This document shows positions 18,754 through 29,634 of a DNA stretch of 64,000 nucleotides, one piece after another; position 1 is the stretch's first letter, and each line of letters opens with the position of its first letter. The translations under genes and the position numbers were made by a program. This stretch comes from an uncultured Holophagales bacterium (GTDB taxonomy: Bacteria > Acidobacteriota > Thermoanaerobaculia > Multivoradales > UBA5704), in the NCBI GenBank assembly GCA_963842525.1, contig CAWJGT010000003.1:768001-832000 (forward strand), given 5' to 3'. The notes under the pieces are model-generated. The model had not been told where the DNA came from and searched no databases. It worked only from the letters and a program-made list of their open reading frames with translations.

Positions 18754-20073
18754 TTGGGTGCGGTGAAGGCTTCCACTCTCGACGAGCTCGTTCTCCTTCC
18801 GGAGCCGCTGGCGATCCAGCGCCAGTACGACGCCAAGAACTATCGCGTCTTCCGCTGGCTGCTCGTCCCCTGCCTGATCATGCTGCTGGTCGGGATCGGC
18901 ACGGCCCTCCACGAGCGCTGGGCCGTTGCGCTGGTCTTCTACATCGTCGAGCTGGTGTTCACGCTGGCGATCCTCGCCGCCCGGGATACGCAGCTCGTCC
19001 AGAAGTGGTTCCGGCAGGTCCTGATCTGCTGGCTCGCCTTCGCCATCCTCGTCATCAAGGTGGCCAGCCTGTCCGACGATCCCGGCAATGCCGCGAATTG
19101 GAGTGGGGCATTCTTCACCGCTGCCGTCGTGTTGGTGCTCTTCCGGCTGCGTTTCTCCGAGCAGATCATCCTGTACGGCGCGAACTGGCTGGCCGCCGAG
19201 CTGCCCTCGTTCAACGAGGTGGTGCCGCTGACCGTGGTGTCGGTGCTCGGCCTGGTTGCCTCCTTCGTGTTCACGCAGGTCGAGAAGCGCCGCTTCCTCG
19301 CCGGCTGGCGCCGCGAGCACGGGCGGGCCAAGGAACGGCAGCGGATGCGGGAGGAGATCGACACGGCGCGCCGGATCCAGCTCAGCATGCTGCCCCAGGG
19401 CTCGCCGGACCTGGACTGGATCGAGATCGCTGCGGCCTCGCTCCCGGCCACCGAAGTGGGTGGCGACTACTACGACTACTTCCGCCTCTCGCCGTCGCAG
19501 CTCGCCCTGGTGGTCGGGGACGTGGCCGGCCACGGCCTGGCAAGCGGGCTCCTCCTTTCCGGAGTGAGGAGCTGCCTCTATCTCCTGGAAAAGGACCTCG
19601 GCTCGCCCATCGAGGTGCTGGACCGGCTCAACCACATGGTGCAGCGGACCACCGACCGGCGGACCTATGTGACCCTGCTCTGCGCCGTGCTCGACCGGAC
19701 GGCTGACGGCATTCACCTGAGCCTGGCCACCGCCGGCCACCCGCCGGCCCTCCACCTCGGCCGCGGCCGTTGCGAGGCCCTCGGCAACGGCGCACCGCCG
19801 CTCGGCACCTTCCTGGACACCAACTACGAGTTGGTGAGCCGTCCCTTGCTGCCGCGCGACGTGCTCGTCTTCTACACCGACGGGCTGGTCGAGGCGCGCA
19901 ACGCCCAGGGCCAGGATTACGGCGACGCCCGCCTGGAACGGGCCGTGGCGCGGGCCGCAGAGAAGGGGTCCGCCCGCGAGATCCGCGACGCCGTGCTCGG
20001 CGACCTCTCGAACTTCAAAGGCGACTCCGAGCAGGCGGACGACATCACCGTGGTGGTGGCGCGGCTGCGGTAG
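18754..20073 (+). CDS. Membrane-anchored PP2C/SpoIIE (RsbU-like) phosphatase
   Basis: About 5-6 TM segments; ARRIQLSMLP, VGGDYYD, GDVAGHG, AGHPP, YTDGLVE, DDIT. Confidence 0.9.
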   Translation: MGAVKASTLDELVLLPEPLAIQRQYDAKNYRVFRWLLVPCLIMLLVGIGTALHERWAVALVFYIVELVFTLAILAARDTQLVQKWFRQVLICWLAFAILVIKVASLSDDPGNAANWSGAFFTAAVVLVLFRLRFSEQIILYGANWLAAELPSFNEVVPLTVVSVLGLVASFVFTQVEKRRFLAGWRREHGRAKERQRMREEIDTARRIQLSMLPQGSPDLDWIEIAAASLPATEVGGDYYDYFRLSPSQLALVVGDVAGHGLASGLLLSGVRSCLYLLEKDLGSPIEVLDRLNHMVQRTTDRRTYVTLLCAVLDRTADGIHLSLATAGHPPALHLGRGRCEALGNGAPPLGTFLDTNYELVSRPLLPRDVLVFYTDGLVEARNAQGQDYGDARLERAVARAAEKGSAREIRDAVLGDLSNFKGDSEQADDITVVVARLR

Positions 20074-20161
20074 GGGTTTTATTCGGGATGCCGCCGGGCG
20101 GACGCAGTCTCGGAAAACCCGCCAAGCTCGCCGGGGGGAGGGGGAGAGCGTTCAGAGTGGG

Positions 20162-20669
20162 TTATTGAGCCAGCCGTGCAGCGGCACGGCGAGCCGCCTC
20201 GAAAAGGAGCTCGGGCTCACGGCGAGACCGCATCCAGGTCACTGGAGTCTCTCCATCGAGCACGTCCTGGGGTGTTACGAACCAGGATGCAATGGTGTAA
20301 GGGGTTTCAACAGCTCCTGCGAAAAGGTGGAGAATGCGCTGGATCTCTGGAAATGGCCGCCCGTTTCGGCCAAACTGGAAGGCTGGATAGAGCTTGCGGC
20401 CGCCTGAGCCATCGAGGGCCAGGAGTCGTCCCCGCCGGGCGAGATCGCTCACGGCTTGTCGGCTGCCGACCCCCAGAACGACCTTGGCCTGCTCCATCTC
20501 GAAGAGCGGTCCGAGGTGTCCTTTCCAGGCCAGCTCCGTCGCTGCCATCAACGCCGCCCGGCGGCCGAGCGTCTTGGGATCGCGGAGCTCCCGGAGAGTC
20601 CTCGGGGAGTCGAAGCTCCAGAAGAGTTTCTTCGAAAGCTCGGGCGGCGGCTGCGAGCGCCTTCGACAT
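20162..20669 (-). CDS. Xre/MbcA/ParS-like antitoxin (frameshift near 20610); RES toxin absent or only a trace
   Basis: SRQAVSDLARRGRLL..YPAFQF..TIASWFVTPQDVLDGETP. Confidence 0.6.
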
Positions 20670-20795
20670 GAAGCCAGTCTAGGAGTTCCCGTCAAGTCCG
20701 TCAAGAGCGCCTCCGGAGAGCCGGAGAGTCCCGCGCTGCGAGAGGCTCTGATGGTAAGTTATGCCCCGCTTGGCAGGTGACTCCAGGAGGTCCCG

Positions 20796-23712
20796 ATGCG
20801 TCGTTTCGTTCTCTTCGCTCTCTTGATGCTGGTGTGGGCTTGGACGCCCCTGAACGCCCAGGTGGCGGAAGCCCCAGAGGAGCAAATCCCGCCGCCGGCC
20901 TCTCCGGCCGCTCAGCCGGCCGAGGACTATGCCCCTGACCAACCCGAGCCGGGGAGCGTGGAGAAGATCCGGGAGCACACGACGGCTCCGGAGTTCCTTT
21001 CGGCGCCGGTGTCCTATGTGCCGGAGTCGGACACCGTGCCGTCGCCCGGGGACGTGCTGGGCCGGATCGTGGGGACGCCGGACGAGCTGAGCAAGGTCGC
21101 CGAGGTGCATGGCTACTTCCGGCGGCTCGACGAGGCGAGCGACCGGGTGCAGGTGCGGACGATCGGCACCACCGAGGAGGGGCGGGAGATCCTGCTCGCC
21201 CTGATCTCCGACCCCGAGAATCTCGCCTCCCTGGATCGCTTCAAGGACATCACCGCCCGCCTCGCCGACCCGCGCCGGACCTCCCGCGACGAGGCACGGC
21301 AGCTCGCCGGCGAAGGAAAGGTCCTCTACCACCTGATCGGCGGCCTGCACTCCACTGAGACCGGCAGCCCCGAGATGCTCATGGAGCTGGCCTACCGCCT
21401 CGCCGTGTCCGAACGCCCCGAGATCCAGGAGATCCGGCGCGAAACGGTCGTCCTCGTGACCCCGGTCATGGAGCCGGACGGCCGCGACCGCATGGTCGAG
21501 TGGTACTACCGCCACCTCAAGGGGAAGAAGCTGCCGTATGAGGAGCTGCGGGAATTCAGCGCGCCGCCCTACTGGGGGCACTACGCCCACCACGACAACA
21601 ACCGGGACGGCATGCAGCGCGCTCTCGCCCTCACACGGGCCCTCCACGGCGCCTACTACGAATTCCATCCGCAGGTGATGCACGACCTCCACGAGTCCGT
21701 GCCGCTGCTCTACATCATGACCGGCTACGGGCCCTACAACCGGGCAATCGACCCGGTGACCATCAGCGAGTGGACGCAGCTCGGCTTCCACGAGGCGGGC
21801 GAGCTGGCGGCCCTGGGTCTGCCCGGCGTCTGGACCTTCGGATTCTTCGACGGCTGGTGGCCCGGCTATCTCACCTCCGTCGCCAATCTTCATCACTCGA
21901 TCGGCCGCTTCTACGAGACCTTCGGCAACAGCCTGCCGGGGACCTATGAGCGCGACCTGTCCGAATCGAAGTACCTCGGCAAGCCGGTGACCGACGTCCA
22001 GTGGTACCGCCCCTGGCCGCCGGGCAAGAAGGTGACCTGGTCGCTGCGCAACAACACCAACTACATGGAGTCCGGCGTGCTCCAGGCCCTGGAGTACGCG
22101 GCGCGCCACCGGCGGGAGCTGCTGGAGAACTTCTGGGTCAAGGGGAACCGCGCCCTGGAGAAAGGGCGGACCGAGGCTCCCTACGCCTGGGCCTTTGCGC
22201 CCACGCAGCGCGACCCCGGGCGCCTCGCCTATCTGGTCGAGCAGCTCCGCGGCCAGGGGATCGAGGTCCACCGCCTGACCGCCGGCCTGACGGCCGGCGG
22301 CAAGAACTGGCCGGCGGGCAGCTACATCGTCCGCATGGACCAGCCGGCCCGCAACGCCGCGGTCAACCTCCTGGAGGAGCAGAAGTTCCCGGCCGACGAG
22401 CCGAACCCGCCGTACGACGACGTGGCCTGGACCTGGCCGCTCCTCTACGGTGTCGAGGGCGCAAAGGTCGACGACCGCAAGGTGCTCGACGCGCCCATGG
22501 AGCCGGTCACCACGGCGGCCGAGGTCTCTCCTGGCACGGTCGAGGGCACGGGTGACACCTTTCTCCTGCGCGACACCGGCCAGAACGCCCTTCTCCAGGC
22601 GCGCCTCCTGCTGGGGGCTCACCAGGTGGATGCTGCCGAGGTTACTTTCGAAGCCGGCGGGGTCTCGTATCCGGCCGGGAGCTGGATCGTCCAGGCGCCG
22701 CGCGAGGCGGTCGAGGAGATCGCGGCGCGGCTGGGGCTGTCGTTCCGTGCCACGGCCGCCCTGCCCGAGGTGCGCCGGCACGTGGTGGACCTGCCGCGCG
22801 TCGGCCTGCTCCATACCTGGACCTCCACCCAGGAAGCCGGCTGGGCACGCTATACGCTCGACCAGGAGAAGCTGCCGTATACGTCGCTGAGCGACGCGGA
22901 CCTGCGGCGCGGCGGGCTCGAAGAGCGCTTCGACGTCATCCTCTTCCCCAACAGCGGCGGGAGCTTTGCGCGGATCGTCCATGGCATCGACCCGAAGTAC
23001 GGGCCGCTCGCCTACACCACGACGCCGGAGTTCCCCAGCCATGGCATCCCGGACGCCGCGGAGGACATCACCGGCGGCATGGGGTTCGAAGGGCTCGGTA
23101 ACCTCCAGCGGTTCGTGGAGCGCGGCGGCGTGCTGGTCGCGCTGGCCAATGCCGGGACCCTGCCGGTCGACGGCGGGATGCTGCGGGAGGTCGAGCGCGT
23201 GCCGCCGGGCGGCTTCAACACCCCGGGCTCGGAGGTGCGCGCCAAGCTGCTGCGGCCGGAGCATCCGATCGCCTACGGCTATGAGGAGCGCACCAGCGTC
23301 TTCCGTGGCAACGGTCCGCTGTGGGACGTGGACAAGCGCCACCGCGGCCTGGTGGTGGTCCAGTTCGGGACCAAGAAGGTCGAGACCGGACGAGGAGAAG
23401 AAGGCCGAGGAGCCCGAGGAGGAGCAGAGCGAGGACATCGAGGAAGAGGACATCGACGATTCGCCCGAGGCCGGGACCGCGATGCCCGAGGCCAAGCCGA
23501 AGGCGGACGAAAAGGAGGACAAGCGGCTGGTGCTCTCCGGCTTCGTGCGCGGCGAGGATGTGGTCGACGGCAAGCCGGCCATCCTCGACGTGCCGGTGGG
23601 GCAGGGAAGGGTGATCCTCTTCGCCTTCAACCCCCTGCACCGCCACCTCAATCACTCGGACTTCCGATTCGTCTACAACGTCCTGCTGAACTGGAACGAC
23701 CTGCCGCGGTGA
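20796..23712 (+). CDS. Secreted M14 zinc carboxypeptidase with C-terminal GATase-like domain; frameshift near 23385
   Basis: Signal peptide, GLHSTE, DNNRD, HDLHE, PYDDVAWT; C-terminus GRVILFAFNPLHR in ORF 22966..23712. Confidence 0.88.
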
Positions 23713-25409
23713 GCGAGCCCGTCTCCCCGGAGGCCCCCCCGGTCCTAGTCCCCAACCCCGGCCGCGGCGGCGCCATTGCCGTCGCCCTCGGTATCCTTGC
23801 CTCGCGGCTGATCGGGTTCGTGCGCGACCGGGCGATCGGCCACTTCTTCGGCATCGGCCCGCACGCCGACGTCTGGCGGGCAGCGTTGCGCGCGCCCAAC
23901 GCCCTGCAGAACCTCCTGGGCGAGGGGACCCTGTCGGCCGCCTTCATCCCGATCTACTCGCGCCTGCTCAAGGAGGGGCGGGAGGAGGAGGCCGGGCGCT
24001 TCGCCGGTGCGGTCTTCGGGTTGCTCCTCGCTCTCGCCGGCTCCCTCGCCCTGCTCGGTGTCCTGCTCGCGCGGCCCATTGTGAAGGTCCTGGCGCTCGG
24101 CTTTGCCCTGGAAGAAGGCGGCGCCGTCGACCGCTTCGAGCTGACGGTCGCGGCGGTGCGCATCATCTTCCCGATGACCGCCGTCCTCGTCCTCTCGGCC
24201 TGGGCGCTGGGAGTGCTCAACAGCCACCGCCGGTTCTTCCTGCCCTACGTGGCGCCGGTCCTGTGGAGCGCGGCGATCATCGCGGCGCTGGTCTGGGCGG
24301 GCGGCTCGCGTCCGCCCGAGAGCCTCGCTCTCGCCGGCCTCGACCGCATCCTTTTCGCCGCCTGCTGGGGGGCCCTCGCCGGAGGGGGCCTCCAGCTTCT
24401 TGTGCAGCTCCCGCTCGTGCTGCGGCTGCTGCGCGGCTTCCGGATCTCCTTCTCGACCCGGGTCGAGGGGGTCCCGGAGGCGCTGCGGGCGTTCGGGCCC
24501 GTGCTGGCCGGGCGGGGCGCGGTGCAGCTCTCGGGCTATCTCGACATCTTCCTCGCCGGCTTCCTCGCGCCGGGCGCCGTGGGGGTGCTCGGCTACGCCC
24601 AGAACCTCTACATGCTCCCGGTGAGCCTCTTCGGGATGTCGGTCGCCGCGGCGGAGCTGCCCGAGCTGTCGCGGCTGCGGGCGTCCGGCGCGCGCGGGGA
24701 GGACACCGCCGGGACCGCTGCTGACCTCTTCGCGCGGGTGCGGCGGTCGCTGCGCCAGATCGCCTTCCTGAACGTCCCTACCCTGGTCGGCTATCTGGCC
24801 TTCGGCTTCCTCGTCATCGGAGCGGTCTACCGCACCGGCAAGTTCGAGGTGGCGGACAACTGGCTGACCTACCTGGTGCTCGCCGGCTACACGCTCGGCC
24901 TCCTCGCCTCGACCTCGAGCCGGCTGCTCCAGAACACGTTCTATGCCCTGGGCGACACCCGCGTGCCGGCCCGCATCGCCACTGTCCGGGTGGCGGCCTC
25001 GGCGGCGCTCGCCTGGCCGCTGATGACCTGGCTCGACCGCCATACCGTCTCCGAGCTGTTCGGCGCCGCCGACCCGGGCAGGGTCCTCCATCTTGGCGCC
25101 GTGGGGCTCGCCCTTGCCTCGGGCGTAGCCGCCTGGCTGGAGCTCTTCCTGCTGCGCAGGGCGCTCGCCCGGCGCTCGTCCGTCGCTTTCTTTCCCGGGC
25201 CGGAGATCGGCCGGATGATGCTGCTGGCCGGGGCGGCGGCCCTCGGCGCCGGATTGCTCTGGACGGTCCTGCCGCCTGCCCATGTCGCGCTCCAGGCCGC
25301 CCTGGTCGTCGGGCTCTACGCCGTGCTCTACCTCGCGCTCGCCCGCTGGCTCGCGCCCGAGGACCTGGGGTTCTGGATCGGCCGCTTCGGGCGGCGGCTG
25401 CGCCGTTGA
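23709..25409 (+). CDS. murJ: Lipid II flippase MurJ
   Basis: SRLIGFVRD, PNALQNLLGEGTLSAAFIP, GVLNSHRRF, FYALGDTRVP. Confidence 0.92.
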   Translation: MSEPVSPEAPPVLVPNPGRGGAIAVALGILASRLIGFVRDRAIGHFFGIGPHADVWRAALRAPNALQNLLGEGTLSAAFIPIYSRLLKEGREEEAGRFAGAVFGLLLALAGSLALLGVLLARPIVKVLALGFALEEGGAVDRFELTVAAVRIIFPMTAVLVLSAWALGVLNSHRRFFLPYVAPVLWSAAIIAALVWAGGSRPPESLALAGLDRILFAACWGALAGGGLQLLVQLPLVLRLLRGFRISFSTRVEGVPEALRAFGPVLAGRGAVQLSGYLDIFLAGFLAPGAVGVLGYAQNLYMLPVSLFGMSVAAAELPELSRLRASGARGEDTAGTAADLFARVRRSLRQIAFLNVPTLVGYLAFGFLVIGAVYRTGKFEVADNWLTYLVLAGYTLGLLASTSSRLLQNTFYALGDTRVPARIATVRVAASAALAWPLMTWLDRHTVSELFGAADPGRVLHLGAVGLALASGVAAWLELFLLRRALARRSSVAFFPGPEIGRMMLLAGAAALGAGLLWTVLPPAHVALQAALVVGLYAVLYLALARWLAPEDLGFWIGRFGRRLRR

Positions 25410-25472
25410 GGCACTTCCCAGGAGACGGCTTCCCGGTTAGACTCGGAGCACTTTCCGACCGCGTGGAGCTTC

Positions 25473-27296
25473 GTGCAGCACAAGACCACTGAGCAGAGCG
25501 AGCCGCTGGCCGTCCAGGAGATCCGGTTCTCCGAGGAGGAGCTGCGCCATCGCCTTCATATCGCCGACCTGCTGGCCCGGCTGGAGATGGCCGAATCGGC
25601 GGAACGGCGTTCGGCGTTCCTTGCCGAGGCGAGCGCCCTTCTGGCCTCCTCGCTCGACTACGAGGCGACGCTCTCCAGCCTGGCCCGCCTGACCGTCCCC
25701 TTCGTCGCCGACTACTGCATCCTCTACGAGCTGCAGGAGGGCCGTGAGGTCCGCCAGGTGGCGACCGCGCACGTGGACCCGGAGAAGGAGGAGCTGCTCG
25801 AGAGGCTCGGCCGCCTCTATCACCCGACGCTCGACAACCCGGCCAGCCCGGCCGCGGGCGTCATCCGGACCGGGACCCCGCGGTTTTCCGCAGATCCGAG
25901 CCCGGAGACAGCGTACGCGGTGACAGAGGACCACCAGGTCCTGGCGATCTACGAGCAGCTCCAGCCCCGCTCCTGGATGGTGCTGCCGCTCAGCATCCGC
26001 GGCCAGACTTTCGGCGCCCTCTTCCTTGCCACGTCCGACTCGGGCCGGACCTTCGGCGAGACCGAGATGCGGCTCGGCCGGGAGCTGGCCACCCGGGCCG
26101 CCGTTGCGATGGACAACTCGCGCCTGTATCGCGAGGCCCGCCGGGCCAATGCCTCAAAAGACCAGTTCCTCGCCGCCTTGAGCCACGAGCTGCGCACCCC
26201 GCTGGCGCCAGTCCTGGCGGTGATCTCTTCCATGGAGAGCGACGAGAAGCTGCGCCGGGAGATCGGCCGCGAGCTCTCCATGGTGCGGCGCAACGTGGAG
26301 CTCGAGGCCCGGCTGATCGACGACTTGCTGGACCTGACCCGCATCGCCCGCGGCAAGCTCGAGCTGTGCTGCCAGAGCGCCGACCTGCGCCAGATTGCGG
26401 GCCATGCCTTGCAGAGCTGCGACGCCCAGGAGGTGCAGAGGAAGCGGCTGTGCTTCGTGATCGACCTCGAGGCCTCGGAGCACGCGGTCTGGGGCGACCC
26501 GCCGCGCCTGACCCAGGTCTTCTGGAACCTCCTCAAGAACGCCGTCAAGTTCACTCCGGAGGGAGGCACGATTCAGGTCCGCTCGCGCTGCGGAGCGGAG
26601 GAGCTCGCCGTCGAGATCTCGGACACCGGGATCGGCATCGCGCCGGACGTGCTGCCGCGCATCTTCGACGCCTTCGAGCAGGCCGACCCCGCAATCACCC
26701 GCCACTTCGGCGGGCTGGGGCTCGGGCTGGCCATCAGCAAGGCGATCGTGGAGCTGCACGGAGGGCGCCTCCAGGCGGCCAGCCCGGGGCGCGGGCAGGG
26801 AGCCACCTTCACCATCCATCTACCGCTCGCCGGGGCTCGGGCGGAGGACCCGCCCCTGCGGCAGCCCCCCATCAGGGAGCCGCGGCCGGCCGCGGTGGAG
26901 GGCCCCCTGCGCATCCTGCTGGTCGAGGACCACGCCGACACCGCGGAGGCCATGGCCGAGCTGCTGACGATCCTGGGGCACCAGGTCACCGTGGCGATGG
27001 ACGTGGCGTCCGGCCGGGCCGCGGCCGAGGGTGCCGTGGCAGGGCCCGGCCTGGACCTGGTGATCAGCGACATCGGGCTGCCGGACGGCACCGGTTTCGA
27101 CCTGATGCGCGAGCTGTCCGGCAGCCATGGGCTGCGCGGGATCGCCCTCTCGGGCTACGGCACCGAGGAGGACATCCAGAAGAGCCTGGAGGCCGGTTTC
27201 CTCCGGCACCTCACCAAACCGATCGACCTGGGACGCTTGCGCGAGGTCCTCCGCGAGCTCAGCCCGCTTTCCTCCGGGATCCCACCGAGCCCCTGA
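25473..27296 (+). CDS. Hybrid sensor histidine kinase (GAF-HisKA-HATPase-REC)
   Basis: FLAALSHELRTPL, NLLKNAVKFT, DTGIG, GGLGLGL, DLVISDIGLPD, HLTKPID. Confidence 0.95.
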   Translation: MQHKTTEQSEPLAVQEIRFSEEELRHRLHIADLLARLEMAESAERRSAFLAEASALLASSLDYEATLSSLARLTVPFVADYCILYELQEGREVRQVATAHVDPEKEELLERLGRLYHPTLDNPASPAAGVIRTGTPRFSADPSPETAYAVTEDHQVLAIYEQLQPRSWMVLPLSIRGQTFGALFLATSDSGRTFGETEMRLGRELATRAAVAMDNSRLYREARRANASKDQFLAALSHELRTPLAPVLAVISSMESDEKLRREIGRELSMVRRNVELEARLIDDLLDLTRIARGKLELCCQSADLRQIAGHALQSCDAQEVQRKRLCFVIDLEASEHAVWGDPPRLTQVFWNLLKNAVKFTPEGGTIQVRSRCGAEELAVEISDTGIGIAPDVLPRIFDAFEQADPAITRHFGGLGLGLAISKAIVELHGGRLQAASPGRGQGATFTIHLPLAGARAEDPPLRQPPIREPRPAAVEGPLRILLVEDHADTAEAMAELLTILGHQVTVAMDVASGRAAAEGAVAGPGLDLVISDIGLPDGTGFDLMRELSGSHGLRGIALSGYGTEEDIQKSLEAGFLRHLTKPIDLGRLREVLRELSPLSSGIPPSP

Positions 27297-27305
27297 GGGG
27301 GCCGT

Positions 27306-28421
27306 TCAGCGCTCGACGGCGGGCCAGGGCGTGCCGGTGACCTCCTCCCACAGGCCCTGGAGGTCCGCCGGGACCGGCGCCTCGAAGGCAAGAGGCCGGC
27401 CGTCCCGTGGGTGCTGGAAGGAGAGCCGCCAGGCGTGGAGGGCCGGCCGCGGGAAGTCGCGCAGAGGGGCCTGGACGGAGCGGGGAAGGCCCTTCCAGCG
27501 GGCCTCGCCATAGACCGGGTCGCCGACCAGCGGGTGCCCGGCGTTCTTCATGTGGACCCGGATCTGGTGGGTGCGTCCAGTGGCGAGCTCCAGCTCCACG
27601 AGGGCGATCCCGGCATGATGAGCCAGCGTCCGGTAGCCGGTGCGCGCCGGCCGCCCCCTGGGCCTCACGGCCATCTCCGTGCGCCGCTGGGGGTGGCGGC
27701 CGATCGGTGCCTCGATCGTGCCGGACGGGGGCTCGGGCGCGCCGTAGACGATCGCGAGATAGCGCTTGTCCACCTGCCGTTCCGCGAAGGCGCGCGCCAG
27801 CCGGACGTGGGCGGCGGCCGTGCGCGCCACCACCAGGACGCCGCTCGTCCCCTGATCGAGCCGGTGGACGATCCCCGGCCGGCCCGGGCCGCCGACGCCG
27901 GCCATCTCCGGATAGCGGGCGAGGAGGTGGTGGGCGAGCGTGCCGCTGGCGCGGCCGGCCCCGGGGTGGACCGTGAGGCCCGCCGGCTTGTCGAGCACCA
28001 CCACGTCTGCGTCCTCGTAGAGGACCGCAAGCTCGCCCGGCTCGGGCTGGACGCGCTCTTCGCGCGGCTCGGGAGGATTGCATTCGATGCGGTCGCCCGC
28101 GGCGAGGGCGGCCGACGGCTTGGCCTCCCGGTCGTTGAGGCGCACCAGGCCGTCGCGGATCCACGTCTGGACCTGGTTGCGGGGGAGGTCGAGCTGGGAC
28201 GCGACGTGCCGGTCGAGCCGCTCGCCGGCCGCGGCGTCGTCGACGGTCCAGACCCTCACCCCCGGCCCCTCTCCCATCCGCACTCCCACCCCCGGGAGAG
28301 GGGAGGAAGAACCTCCCAGAATATTCTCTTCTTCTTCTCCTCTCCCCCCTCTCCCGGGGGAAGGGAGTGCGGATGGGAGAGGGGGGCCGGGGGGGGTGAG
28401 GGTTCCCACGGCGGCCAGCAC
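27306..28421 (-). CDS. rluD: RluA/RluD pseudouridine synthase (start 28421 or 28277; N-terminus carries the palindromic element)
   Basis: GERLDRH S4 domain, DKPAGLTVHPG, GIVHRLDQGTSG, TGRTHQIRVH, GDPVYG. Confidence 0.92.
   Translation of the reverse strand: MLAAVGTLTPPGPPLPSALPSPGRGGRGEEEENILGGSSSPLPGVGVRMGEGPGVRVWTVDDAAAGERLDRHVASQLDLPRNQVQTWIRDGLVRLNDREAKPSAALAAGDRIECNPPEPREERVQPEPGELAVLYEDADVVVLDKPAGLTVHPGAGRASGTLAHHLLARYPEMAGVGGPGRPGIVHRLDQGTSGVLVVARTAAAHVRLARAFAERQVDKRYLAIVYGAPEPPSGTIEAPIGRHPQRRTEMAVRPRGRPARTGYRTLAHHAGIALVELELATGRTHQIRVHMKNAGHPLVGDPVYGEARWKGLPRSVQAPLRDFPRPALHAWRLSFQHPRDGRPLAFEAPVPADLQGLWEEVTGTPWPAVER
28252..28403. repeat. Palindromic CCCTCACCCCC-family element in the rluD 5' end
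   Basis: ACCCTCACCCCCGGCCCCTCTCCCATCCGCACTCCC ... GGGAGTGCGGATGGGAGAGGGGGGCCGGGGGGGGTGAGGGT. Confidence 0.9.
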
Positions 28422-28423
28422 CC

Positions 28424-29017
28424 CTACGGCGCCGCTTCGTTCGTCTCGTGCCGGTGGTGCTTGCGCGAGCGGAAGCTGTCGATCGCCATCAGCACGATGC
28501 CGATCGAGATCGCGCTGTCGGCAACGTTGAACGACGGCCAGTGGTGGGCGCCGACGTAGACGTCGACGAAGTCGGTCACTGCGCCGCTCGACATGCGGTC
28601 GATGAGGTTGCCGACGGCGCCGCCGACCACCAGGGCGAGGGCGACCAGCAGCAGGCGGTCGCGCGTGGGGGCGAACCAGAAGTAGACCCCGACGGCGGTC
28701 AGCGCGGCCAGGCCGAGCAGGGTCAGCAGCCAGCTCCCGTCCCCGACCCCCTGGGCGGCGAAGAGCCCGAAGGCGACGCCGGTGTTGCGCACGTGGGTCA
28801 GGTTCAGGAAGCCGGGGATCAGCGGTTGCGCCGTATGGTGGGGGAGGTGGACCTCCACCAGCCACTTGGTCCACTGGTCGAGGACGATCACCCCCAGCGA
28901 GACGAAGAGGTAGCGGAGCTTGGCGAGCGAGGCGCTCAAGGCGGCGCTCCCGGTCAGCGGGGGACGAACGTCGTCGGGTTCCACCATCGGCTCTCCTGTT
29001 CTGCTCTCTTGTTTCAT
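28424..29017 (-). CDS. lspA: Lipoprotein signal peptidase II
   Basis: DQWTK, NTGVAFG, GAVGNLIDR, VTDF, FNVAD. Confidence 0.95.
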   Translation of the reverse strand: MKQESRTGEPMVEPDDVRPPLTGSAALSASLAKLRYLFVSLGVIVLDQWTKWLVEVHLPHHTAQPLIPGFLNLTHVRNTGVAFGLFAAQGVGDGSWLLTLLGLAALTAVGVYFWFAPTRDRLLLVALALVVGGAVGNLIDRMSSGAVTDFVDVYVGAHHWPSFNVADSAISIGIVLMAIDSFRSRKHHRHETNEAAP

Positions 29018-29634
29018 CGCGGGAAGCACCTGCGGGCCTCCCGGACCACCTCATCGAGGTCGGAGGGCGCCTGGAAGAGCCGGATCCCGGCGATCCCGGC
29101 GGCCCCGGCCGCAGCCGCCTCGCCGAACCGGTCTAGTGTAACCCCACCCAGCGCATAGACGGGAATTCCCATGGTCGCGGCTAGGGCCAGCTCGCCCGGC
29201 CCCCGGGGCGGGCCGAAGCGCGCCTTGCCCGGCGTCGGCCAGACCGGACCGAAGGTCACGTAGTCCGCTCCGTCGTGCAACGCCTGCTCGACCTCCTCGA
29301 CGTGGTGGGTCGAGAGGCCGAGGAGAACGCCCGGCCCGAAGCGCCTCCGCAACGCGGCGAGCGGCGGGCCGTCGGCGGGGAGATGGGCGCCGTCCGCACC
29401 AGCGGCAAGGGCGATGTCGACGCGGCCGTTGACCAGCAGGCGGGTGTCGGGCGGCAGGGCGGAGCGGGCGAGCCGGGCGAGGCCATGGAGGGACCGGTCA
29501 TCGAGGTCTTTTTCGCGGAGCTGGACCCCGTCGACCCCTGCCGCGGCGAGGGCGGCCAGCCACGGGGCGAGGCCACCCTCCGGCAGGGATGTCCGGTCGC
29601 TGATCGCGAGCTGCCTAAACCCTGGGGTCCGCAT
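29014..29634 (-). CDS. thiE: Thiamine-phosphate synthase (ThiE/TenI family)
   Basis: VQLREK, NGRVDIA..ADGAHL, GLSTH, DYVTFGPVWPTPGK, ALGG. Confidence 0.85.
   Translation of the reverse strand: MRTPGFRQLAISDRTSLPEGGLAPWLAALAAAGVDGVQLREKDLDDRSLHGLARLARSALPPDTRLLVNGRVDIALAAGADGAHLPADGPPLAALRRRFGPGVLLGLSTHHVEEVEQALHDGADYVTFGPVWPTPGKARFGPPRGPGELALAATMGIPVYALGGVTLDRFGEAAAAGAAGIAGIRLFQAPSDLDEVVREARRCFPR

Noticed and set aside
20796-25409. 1537-aa carboxypeptidase-MurJ fusion
   Set aside because: Artefact of an indel near 23385. The peptidase C-terminus is in another frame ending at 23712, and murJ has its own GTG at 23709.
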